DNA from: Actinomycetota bacterium
Lineage (GTDB): Bacteria > Actinomycetota > UBA4738 > HRBIN12
Assembly (NCBI GenBank): GCA_034667405.1
Contig: JAXDJX010000016.1
Span: 8,159-72,158 of the forward strand
DNA length: 64,000 nucleotides
Reading direction: 5' to 3'
Made by a program: the position numbers and the translations under genes. Shown in pieces: positions 48,746 to 56,725 of this stretch. The notes below the pieces were generated by a model that saw only the letters and a program-made list of their open reading frames with translations, did not search any database and was not told the DNA's origin. The stretch's first letter is position 1. Each line of letters starts with the position of its first letter.

Positions 48746-48774
48746 TTGACCCGCGCGACGCGCCCGTCGACAAT
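48746..48774 (+). promoter_or_regulatory. Promoter TTGACC-N17-GACAAT upstream of the uORF/MFS gene
   Basis: Seen directly; ATG follows 7 nt after the -10. Confidence 0.55.
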
Positions 48775-48804
48775 CGCTGCCATGCCCCGGTCCGCTGCTC
48801 GCTG

Positions 48805-50514
48805 ATGGCGCTCTCCGACTCCGCCCGCGCACTCCGCGAGGTCGCCCATAGCAAGGGGATGCGCCGGGTTCTGTTCGCGTTCCTGTTCTTCAATGTGGCG
48901 GAATGGGCGACGTGGGTGGCGATGCTGGTGTTCGCCTACCAACGCGGCGGCGTAACCACCGCCGGCATCGTGGCGGTCGTGCAGCTGATCCCGGGCATCT
49001 TCGTCGCCCCTCTGGGCTCGGTGGTTGGGGACCGGATCCCGAGGAACCGAGCGCTCGCGATCGCATATTCCGCCATGGCGATCGCCCTGTTCGCTGCCGG
49101 TATCGTGCTCGTCGTCCACGCCCCGGCCCCCATCGCCTATCTCATGGGGGCAGTGGCCAATGCCGCGCTGACGATGATCCGGCCCGTGCACAATTCGATC
49201 CTTCCCGAGCTTGCGGATCGACCCGAGACCCTTACGGCAGCGAACGCGCTTTCCAGCACTGCTGAAGGGTTGTCGACGTTCGTCGGACCGGTGGTGACCG
49301 GGGTGCTCCTGCAAACAGAAGGAGCCGGTGCCGTCTTCCTGGTGATGGGCGGCTGTCTGATCATCTCGAGCCTGCTTGCCGCAGGCGTCCCGTTGCGCTC
49401 GGGTGTACGGAGCCTGGTGCACGCCGGATCAGTGGTCGGAGATGCTGCCGCGGGGTTTCGTGAACTTCGGAGCACAGCGGGAGCGGGGGCGATCATGGGT
49501 TTGTTCTGCGCCCAGTTCGTGGTCATGGGGCTCATGGATGTGCTGGCCGTCGTGTTGGCATTCCAGGTGTTCAACATGTCGCCGTCGGGACCCGGCCTGC
49601 TGACCGGAGCACTCGGGCTCGGAGCCTTGATCGGCTCGGGCGCGACGATCATCCTCATCGGCCGCAAGCGTCTCTCGACCTCTATCGGCGTCGGCGCGTT
49701 GGCGACCGGCCTCCCGCTCGCCTTGATCACCGTGGTGCCCGCCTACGCTCAGGCGATCATCCTGCTCATGGCCTCGGGCATGGGCCGGGCGTTCGTCGAT
49801 GTAGGCGGGCGCACACTCCTTCAACGCACGGTGAAGGACGAGATCCTGGCACGGGTGTTCGGGCTCCAGGAGTCGGCGGCGATGCTCGGGTTGACGATCG
49901 GCTCGGCCCTTGCGCCGCTGCTGGTTTTCTGGCTTGGTGGACGGGGCGCGTTCCTGGCGGCGGGGGTGTTCCTCCCGGCCATGGCCATCTTCGCGTGGCG
50001 GCAGCTGGCCCTGGCCGATCGTCTGGCCACGGCACCCGATCCCGCACGCGTGTCGCTCCTGCGCTCAACGTCGATCTTCCATCCACTCCCACAGCCGGTC
50101 ATCGAACGACTCTCCCGCAACCTCATCGCGATCGAGGCGTCGCCCGGTGAGGTCATCATCCGGCAGGGTGATCCCGGCGATCGGTTCTACCTGGTGAACG
50201 ACGGGACCGTCGCGGTGAGCATCGACGGTGGACACGTGGCCGACCTGAGCCCGGGGCACTTCTTCGGAGAGATCGCCCTCTTGCGGGACGCCCCGCGCAA
50301 CGCGACGGTGACGGCCTCCGGCCCGGTGCATCTGCTGGCGCTGGAGCGTGTGGAGTTCCTGGATGCGGTGACCGGCTCCCATGCCGCCTCCGAAGCCGCC
50401 GACCGGACGGTGGAACTTCGCTTGGGGCAGACGTCGGCGGACGACGAAGATCCGGCGGCCTTCACAGAACCGCAACATCTTCCCTCGAACCCGTCCGAAC
50501 CCCCGGGCCCGTAG
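48805..50514 (+). CDS. MFS transporter with a C-terminal cyclic-nucleotide-binding domain
   Basis: About 12 TMs with GSVVGDRIPR MFS motif; IIRQGDPGDRFY, FFGEIALL...PRNATV cNMP phosphate-binding cassette. Confidence 0.92.
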   Translation: MALSDSARALREVAHSKGMRRVLFAFLFFNVAEWATWVAMLVFAYQRGGVTTAGIVAVVQLIPGIFVAPLGSVVGDRIPRNRALAIAYSAMAIALFAAGIVLVVHAPAPIAYLMGAVANAALTMIRPVHNSILPELADRPETLTAANALSSTAEGLSTFVGPVVTGVLLQTEGAGAVFLVMGGCLIISSLLAAGVPLRSGVRSLVHAGSVVGDAAAGFRELRSTAGAGAIMGLFCAQFVVMGLMDVLAVVLAFQVFNMSPSGPGLLTGALGLGALIGSGATIILIGRKRLSTSIGVGALATGLPLALITVVPAYAQAIILLMASGMGRAFVDVGGRTLLQRTVKDEILARVFGLQESAAMLGLTIGSALAPLLVFWLGGRGAFLAAGVFLPAMAIFAWRQLALADRLATAPDPARVSLLRSTSIFHPLPQPVIERLSRNLIAIEASPGEVIIRQGDPGDRFYLVNDGTVAVSIDGGHVADLSPGHFFGEIALLRDAPRNATVTASGPVHLLALERVEFLDAVTGSHAASEAADRTVELRLGQTSADDEDPAAFTEPQHLPSNPSEPPGP

Positions 50515-50623
50515 CGCCGAAGATGAGGTGGAGCCCCTCTCTCCGATCGAACGGTCCGGCAGCCACGTGCGGCCGGGCCGTTCGTGAGTCCGGGGCCTAC
50601 CGAACCTCCGTGGGACAATCGCC

Positions 50624-51448
50624 ATGATGGTTGCGACCGAGGTATCCCCGAAGCTCGACCGGCTGCACGCGGTGCTGGCTGCCGAGACCGCCGGGGTTGT
50701 CGTGGCGTACAGCGGAGGCATCGATTCGACCTTGGTCGCGGCTGTGGCGGCCCGGGCCCTGGGTGATCGTGCGCTGGCGGTCACCGCCGTGTCGCCCTCC
50801 CTCGCGCCCGGCGAAGCCGAGCAGGCAGCGCAGGTCGCGCAGCAGCTCGGCATCGCCCACCGGACGGTTCGGACGCATGAAACGGAGAACCCGTCGTACC
50901 TGGCGAACGACGTCGACCGCTGCTACCACTGCAAGACCGAGCTGTATGACGTCTTGGGCCGGGTCGCCGGCGAAGCCGGGGACCGCACCGTGGTGTCGGG
51001 GGCCAACGCGGACGATCTGGGCGACTATCGTCCCGGCCTGCGCGCCGCGGCCGAACACGGCATCCGTCACCCGCTGGTGGAGGTGGGCATGAACAAGATC
51101 GACGTTCGCCGCGCGGCGCAGGCGCTCGACATCCCCACGTGGGACAAGCCGGCGTCGGCCTGCCTATCGTCGAGGATCGCGTTCGGAGTGAGGATCACCG
51201 TGGAGGAACTATCGAAGGTCGGACGCGCCGAGCGTGTCTTGAAAGACGAAGGATTCCGTCAGTGCCGGGTCCGCGTCCATGGGGACGTGGTGCGCATCGA
51301 AGTGGAGATCGGCGAACTCTCGCGACTGGCCGACGCGGCCCTGCGGGAACGCGTCTTGACCGGCATCAAGGCTCTGGGGTACCGCTACGTCACGCTGGAC
51401 CTCGAAGGGTTCCGTTCGGGTTCGATGAATCCGCCCGACGCAGGGTAG
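50624..51448 (+). CDS. larE: ATP-dependent sacrificial sulfur transferase LarE family
   Basis: AYSGGIDS, RCYHCK, DYRPG, WDKP..ACLSSR, CRVRVH, GFRSGSMN. Confidence 0.9.
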   Translation: MMVATEVSPKLDRLHAVLAAETAGVVVAYSGGIDSTLVAAVAARALGDRALAVTAVSPSLAPGEAEQAAQVAQQLGIAHRTVRTHETENPSYLANDVDRCYHCKTELYDVLGRVAGEAGDRTVVSGANADDLGDYRPGLRAAAEHGIRHPLVEVGMNKIDVRRAAQALDIPTWDKPASACLSSRIAFGVRITVEELSKVGRAERVLKDEGFRQCRVRVHGDVVRIEVEIGELSRLADAALRERVLTGIKALGYRYVTLDLEGFRSGSMNPPDAG

Positions 51449-51459
51449 GCTCCGGCGGC

Positions 51460-51855
51460 ATGAGCGAGGTCCTGATCACTATCCGCTGGCGCGACATGGA
51501 CGCGTACGGTCACGTGAACAACGGCGTCTACCTCAACTATCTGGAGGAGGCTCGCGACGGTCTCGCCGCAGAGTTGTTCGGGGAGCAGGCGTCGTGGGAC
51601 TTCGTCCTCGCGCACGTGGAGATCGACTTCCGTTCCCAACTGACGCAAGCCGACGGCACCATCACGGTGCGCTCTGAAGTTGCCGGCCTCGGCACGTCAA
51701 GTGTTCGAACGCGAGAACGCATCTTCAAGTCCGATGGGACGCTCGCCGCCGAAGCCGCATCGGTGATCGTTCCCCGGAATGCGGAAGGCACCGGGTCGCG
51801 GCCGTTAACCGAGGATGAGCGGCGAACGATCGATGCTGCGATCGTGACGGACTAG
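51460..51855 (+). CDS. Acyl-CoA thioesterase (4HBT/hotdog family)
   Basis: RWRDMDAYGHVNN..Y..YLEEAR. Confidence 0.9.
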   Translation: MSEVLITIRWRDMDAYGHVNNGVYLNYLEEARDGLAAELFGEQASWDFVLAHVEIDFRSQLTQADGTITVRSEVAGLGTSSVRTRERIFKSDGTLAAEAASVIVPRNAEGTGSRPLTEDERRTIDAAIVTD

Positions 51856-53201
51856 GTGGTCACGATGGTGCGGCCGTGCGTGAAGTTATCTGCGTAGGAT
51901 CCGCTGCCGGTCCACATGAACGTGACCCCGCCCACGCCGCTCGATGAATCGAGCGAGAAACCGGCGCCCACGTAGGTGTCGACGTGGTCCACGACTCCGT
52001 TGTGGTCCCAGTCGTAGAACATGATGTCGCCCGGGTGAAGGTCCGCGAACTTCACGCGGTTGCCGTTGGCCGCCATGTCTGCGGACGTGCGTTGAGGAAG
52101 GCTCCAGCCCGCGAACGGCCGAGGCGGCGCCACGTTCCACGCCCCGCCGTCGTCGTGCCGAAGGAGCCACCAAGTGAGTCCGGAGCAGTCGAACCCGGGT
52201 ACCGGTTGACCGCCCAGTCCGGATGGTTCGGGCGCGCTGAACCCCCACTCGCCGGCCCAGACGTACGGATAGCCCACGTACTTGATGCCCCATTGGACGA
52301 CCTGGGTCATCTTGTTCCCGAGATGCGGGAGGACCATCGAGGAATACTGCGCCGCAGCGTTGTTCACGGTGTAATTCTGACTGGATCCGCTGGGTGCGTC
52401 GTATGCGGTGGCGGCCATGAAGAGCGAATACGCGACCTGCGCCCGCGGCATCTTCGAGTGCGGGTTCACATCCTTGGACTCTTGGGCGTTGTTGTTGTAG
52501 CGAAGGTAGATGCGCTGACCGATGAGCGTCGTCGCGAAGTTGTGCTGGATCTTGAAGTGATGGCCGTCCGCGGTGTGCAGGTTGCTCAGGTTGTTGATAG
52601 CGGCGTTGAGGGCCGGGTAGTGCTCGGTGAGCGCCAGTACCAGCGCCTTGTGAACCATCGACATCGTGACGGCTTTGTTCGGATTGAAGTTGCCTGCGCC
52701 GTCATGGAGCAACCACCCGCGCTGCTGCACGATGTTCGCGTACTTGAAGAACGAACTGCTGTTGTCCATGTCCTTGAACGAGATCGACGGGTCAACCTTG
52801 GCTCCCGGAGCGAACGCTCTCACCATCGTTCGGGCGAAGTACTTCCGCGTTTCGATCGCGGCGGGGCGGAAGCGGTACGTCCCGTCGTTGTCGGCCGAGG
52901 TGTCGAGCATCCAGCCATGGCTCTCCGCGACGTAATTGACGGCGGGCCGCGCCCAGTTGTAATTCCCCATGTCCGACCACGTGATGCTGCGGCGCACAGC
53001 CTGCATCTGCGGCGAGATGTAGGGTTTCGGCGGCTTCGGACCGCCCCCCATCTCACCGGCAAGGATGCCCCGTTCGGCATCCGTTGGCGCTGTGCTCGCC
53101 TGCGCCACGCCGACTGTGGGCATCAGGAGGACCGCAAGCGATCCTGCGATCACTAACGGCGCCAAGCGACGGCGGAAACGGCGACATCCCCCCGGAGTCA
53201 T
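51852..53201 (-). CDS. Secreted NlpC/P60 peptidoglycan peptidase with SLH-like repeats
   Basis: Signal peptide; WARPAVNYV...FRP...TR and FKDM...GNFNPNKAVT (SLH-like); GYPYVWAG, GFDCSG, HPGD..FY, DHV. Confidence 0.85.
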   Translation of the reverse strand: MTPGGCRRFRRRLAPLVIAGSLAVLLMPTVGVAQASTAPTDAERGILAGEMGGGPKPPKPYISPQMQAVRRSITWSDMGNYNWARPAVNYVAESHGWMLDTSADNDGTYRFRPAAIETRKYFARTMVRAFAPGAKVDPSISFKDMDNSSSFFKYANIVQQRGWLLHDGAGNFNPNKAVTMSMVHKALVLALTEHYPALNAAINNLSNLHTADGHHFKIQHNFATTLIGQRIYLRYNNNAQESKDVNPHSKMPRAQVAYSLFMAATAYDAPSGSSQNYTVNNAAAQYSSMVLPHLGNKMTQVVQWGIKYVGYPYVWAGEWGFSAPEPSGLGGQPVPGFDCSGLTWWLLRHDDGGAWNVAPPRPFAGWSLPQRTSADMAANGNRVKFADLHPGDIMFYDWDHNGVVDHVDTYVGAGFSLDSSSGVGGVTFMWTGSGSYADNFTHGRTIVTT

Positions 53202-53335
53202 ATGGATAGGGTCGGCGGGACGACGTCGTTCCTTGAGCCTGCGGAACGAACGACACATCGCGATCGACCGTAACAGGCCTTATGCCGGCAGCGGAAGGGG
53301 TCCGGCCCCTACGGTCGGTGAGGTAGGCTCGCGCC

Positions 53336-53554
53336 GTGCTCGGGGAGCAGCCGGCGTTGGTGTTGGATCTCAAGTGGTGGGATGTCCACGGCGTTGCCTA
53401 TGTCGACATCACTGTCGCGTACAAGGATCGTTCCGTGGAGACCGCCCGCCTCGGCGGCGAAAGTGTGCCGCAAGGGCTGGCGGCGGGCGACGAAGTGCTG
53501 GTCAGCAAGGCGATGAACATGATCGTGGCGATCAGCCGAACAGACCCCGTTTAG
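53336..53554 (+). CDS. Small hypothetical protein (72 aa)
   Basis: GTG 6 nt after TAGGCT; beta-rich coherent sequence; converges on the next gene. Confidence 0.65.
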   Translation: MLGEQPALVLDLKWWDVHGVAYVDITVAYKDRSVETARLGGESVPQGLAAGDEVLVSKAMNMIVAISRTDPV

Positions 53555-54078
53555 TCCTTCTTCGGCCCTTCAGCTCGAACCTCTTCCACGGCGGTGAGCG
53601 CCTGCCGTAGATCGTTCAGCCACTCGTCCTGACGCTCGGCGACCAATCGGACGCACCAGGCGAGGGCGTGCGAACGGCTCCTGGCGACGCCCGAATCCAC
53701 CAGCGTGTCCAACACCCGGCGTTCGGGCATCCGCAGACGTGTCATGGCAGGCACGGAGAGGGTCGTGAACAGCTGGCGCTGATCGCCGCAGACCGCGCCC
53801 CATGAGACCTTGCGATCGAACTGATGCTGGGCCTCGTCCGCGATACGCATCCGCTGGCTGCGCGTGTCTTCCCGGAACCCGGCGATCCGTGAACCGAGCG
53901 CCGCCCCACGAGCCTCGGGGGTGGCATCGGACCCCAGGTCCGGTTCGGCGAGCGTCCCCACGACCAGGATCTCGTCGCGGTCGACGGTGACCTCCGGTGG
54001 TCCGGCGAGCCACCCATCTGGAAGCCGTCCGGTGAACCATCCCTGCACCTGCTCGTCTGCGTTCTCTCGCGTCGTCAT
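53551..54078 (-). CDS. Conserved actinobacterial hypothetical protein with a C-terminal RHH-like segment
   Basis: GWFTGRLP..W...DRDEI...FREDTR..R...KVSWG...TRLR..ER.VLDTLVD.GVARSRS.AL.WCVRLV. Confidence 0.8.
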   Translation of the reverse strand: MTTRENADEQVQGWFTGRLPDGWLAGPPEVTVDRDEILVVGTLAEPDLGSDATPEARGAALGSRIAGFREDTRSQRMRIADEAQHQFDRKVSWGAVCGDQRQLFTTLSVPAMTRLRMPERRVLDTLVDSGVARSRSHALAWCVRLVAERQDEWLNDLRQALTAVEEVRAEGPKKD

Positions 54079-54242
54079 GCAATGGAGATTACCGCATTAC
54101 ACGGCCACGGTCAAGGGTTGTCGGAGGGGGCCTTCCTCCCTTCCTTGAAGGGGCTGTCGGAAGCGGGGATGCGCTGGATGCGCTTCCGTCCGCCGCTCGT
54201 GGGTGGTTCACTTCGCCTGTTGTCCGAGAGAGGGGCTCGAAG

Positions 54243-54995
54243 ATGGAGAAGAAGCCAGGGGCGGTCGTTATCATTGTCGGCGGCGCGCTCATGACGATCG
54301 GTGCATTCCTGACCTGGGTTACCGCCAAGGTCGACCTCACGGCGTTCGCAGACGCCATCAAGGAGAAAACCGGGGTGGATGTCACCGGCGTCCCGGGGTT
54401 CTCGTCGGTGGCGAAGTCGTACTCGGCCGCGGGGATCAAGGGCTGGGAGGGGAAGCTCGCCCTCGTGGGCGGTCTGCTGGCCCTCGGGCTCGGCGTGGCT
54501 GCCATCATCGGGTCGGTGTCCCATCCGTTGGCAGGGCGGATCGCGGCTGCAGGTGGCGTCCTCGGGATCCTCGGCGCCGGATACGTGCTGGTTCGGACGT
54601 CCAGCGCGATCGCTGACGCGAAGGCAAGCATGGCCACCGAGGTGACGGGCCTTGGTCTCAGCCCGAGCATCGTGGACACGATCTTCAAAGTGTCCACCGG
54701 GATCGGTCTCTACCTGACACTGCTCGGCGGGATCATCGCCATCGTCGGTGCCATCATGCTCATGCGAACGGCCGCGCCGGTCGCGACCGCGGTTGCCCCC
54801 TCGGGGCCTCCAGCCGGCCCCGGGTCCGGCTTCGGCGCCCCGACGGCTCCCATGGCTCCGACGCCCGCGGGTTCGAGCTCCGCGCCGCCGCCCGCGGCAC
54901 CCTCGCCGCCCGCCGTGCCACCCACGACGCCGGTCGCGCCACCCGAGCCACCCGCACCGATGGGCAGCGGCACCGGCGGTGACGCTCCGAGCTAG
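54243..54995 (+). CDS. Hypothetical membrane protein with a Pro-rich tail
   Basis: GAFLTW...GIGLYLTLLGG pattern, 4 TMs; GAGGGG RBS. Confidence 0.75.
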   Translation: MEKKPGAVVIIVGGALMTIGAFLTWVTAKVDLTAFADAIKEKTGVDVTGVPGFSSVAKSYSAAGIKGWEGKLALVGGLLALGLGVAAIIGSVSHPLAGRIAAAGGVLGILGAGYVLVRTSSAIADAKASMATEVTGLGLSPSIVDTIFKVSTGIGLYLTLLGGIIAIVGAIMLMRTAAPVATAVAPSGPPAGPGSGFGAPTAPMAPTPAGSSSAPPPAAPSPPAVPPTTPVAPPEPPAPMGSGTGGDAPS

Positions 54996-55002
54996 ATCCC
55001 CG

Positions 55003-55408
55003 ATGCGAACTATCGAGTTCCGGATCTCGACGGCGGGCCGACGTGTAGCCGACATCACCACGGAGGTTCGAACGTTCGCTGCGAACGCGGGTGGAGATGG
55101 GCTGCTGAACGTGTTCGTCCCGCATGCCACTGCGGGCGCGGCCTTGATGGAGATCGGGTCGGGCTCTGAGCCCCGATCTGGAAGCCGCGCTCGAGCGCCT
55201 GTTGCCTCGCGACGACCGATATGCGCACCAGCACGGATCCGTGGGCCACGGCGGCGATCACCTCTTGCCGGTGATCGTGTCGCCGTCTCTAACCATCCCC
55301 GTGCTGGCGGGCTCGCTGGCGCTCGGGGTGTGGCAGTCGGTGGTCGTCGTAGACGCCAATCGCGAGAACGACACGCGAACCGTTCGCCTGAGTTTCTTCC
55401 CTGCCTAG
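55003..55408 (+). pseudogene. yjbQ: YjbQ/UPF0047 family gene with a +1 frameshift (pseudogene or sequence error)
   Basis: N-part ...FVPHATAG...GSGSEP and C-part DLEAALERLLPRDDRYAH.HG..GHG.DH...LGVWQS are in different frames; extra C in CCCC at 55171-55174. Confidence 0.85.
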
Positions 55409-55815
55409 AGGTACTGGCCGGGGGCTCGGTCCTTCTTCGACGCCGGCGGGGACTTCACCGCCTGCACATCGCGCTCGCGAAGCAGGACCAGATCAGCGCC
55501 GTCAAGTTCGACCTCCAGGCCGCTCGAGGGGAGGAACAGCACGCGGTCACCCGGTTTGGCTACGCGGACATCCGGGCCGACCAACTGCACGTCGGCCCAG
55601 CTCAGCCGCCTGGGCGCCGGCATGGCGGTCGCGGGGATGAGGAGTCCGCCGGCCGATCTTCGCTCGCCGTCTGCGGGAGGACGGACCACCAGCCGATCCG
55701 CGGTGAGGCGAACATCGCCCGCTCCGTTGGATGCTGCTGCTGCCTTCTTCGCCCGCGGCCTCTTCGCCTTCTCGGCGCCGGCCGGCGGGGACGCTGGTTC
55801 GTTCGTTCGTGGCAT
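55405..55815 (-). CDS. Divergent GroES/Cpn10-like protein with a basic N-terminal extension
   Basis: DRLVV...ERRSAGGLLIPATA...VGPDVR...GDRVLF...LLRERDV.AV. Confidence 0.85.
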   Translation of the reverse strand: MPRTNEPASPPAGAEKAKRPRAKKAAAASNGAGDVRLTADRLVVRPPADGERRSAGGLLIPATAMPAPRRLSWADVQLVGPDVRVAKPGDRVLFLPSSGLEVELDGADLVLLRERDVQAVKSPPASKKDRAPGQYL

Positions 55816-55858
55816 CGCTTGCGAGTGTACCGACGCCGAACCGGTACGATGCCGCCCC

Positions 55859-56725
55859 ATGAAAGCGAAGAAATTGTTGGATCGTGGCGTCAAGGTGCTC
55901 AAGGCGTCCCCCGCTATCGATCACTGGCAGAAGGGCCGAGAGCGGATCGAGGCCGAAGATCTCTTGAACTTCGTGCTCGGCGTGGACGAAGATCCACCTG
56001 AGGACCAGGAGATCCGGAAGAAAGACGCTGAGACGTTCGACGTGTTGATCGATCGGCGAGCAACCGGGGAACCCATCCCGTTCATCAAGGGCTACACGGT
56101 GTTCCGCGATCTGGAGATCCTGGCGGCGCCCGGGGTGTTCGTTCCTCGCGACTCGTCGGAGTTCCTGGCCGAACAGGCGATCGTCCGGCTCCGCAAGCGC
56201 AAGCGCCCCGTTCACGTCGACCTGGCGACCGGTGGGGGCACTATCGCCCTTGCCGTGGCCGACGAGGTCCCCAAGGCAGCGGTGTACGGCGCTGACCTGG
56301 CCGCCGATGCGGTCAAGCTCGCCCGCAAGAACGCCAAGCGCCTCGGCCTGGCGGCAACGTTCGCGCAGGGCGATCTGTTCGACGGGCTGCCGAAGAAGCT
56401 CCGCGGGACGGTGGACGTCATCACGCTACATCCTCCCTACGTCGCCAAGGGCGAGGTACAAGATCTGCCGGACGAGGTTCGCGACTGGGAGCCCGAGCAC
56501 ACGCTAACCGATCAGAGTCACGACGGGCTGGGACTCATCACGCAGAGCGTCGAGGAATCCCCGCAGTGGCTGAGCAAGAACGGCTGGTTGCTGGTGGAGG
56601 TGAGCCCCGATCGCGCGCGTGATGTGGTCCGCGTGTTCAAAGCCGGTAGGTTCCGCGACGTGAAGAGCACGAAAGGCGGGGATCTCCCCGTCACCCGGGT
56701 CATCCTCGGGAGGCGACCGAGCTGA
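55859..56725 (+). CDS. HemK/PrmC-family protein methyltransferase (HPPY variant)
   Basis: RRATGEP...G...FR, GVFVPR..SE, DLATGGG.IA, QGDLF, HPPY, EP...L...DGL. Confidence 0.88.
   Translation: MKAKKLLDRGVKVLKASPAIDHWQKGRERIEAEDLLNFVLGVDEDPPEDQEIRKKDAETFDVLIDRRATGEPIPFIKGYTVFRDLEILAAPGVFVPRDSSEFLAEQAIVRLRKRKRPVHVDLATGGGTIALAVADEVPKAAVYGADLAADAVKLARKNAKRLGLAATFAQGDLFDGLPKKLRGTVDVITLHPPYVAKGEVQDLPDEVRDWEPEHTLTDQSHDGLGLITQSVEESPQWLSKNGWLLVEVSPDRARDVVRVFKAGRFRDVKSTKGGDLPVTRVILGRRPS

Noticed and set aside
54110-54200. Purine/pyrimidine-rich imperfect palindromes and GTCGGA direct repeats in the divergent intergenic region
   Set aside because: Too degenerate to separate from chance in GC-rich DNA without comparative data.
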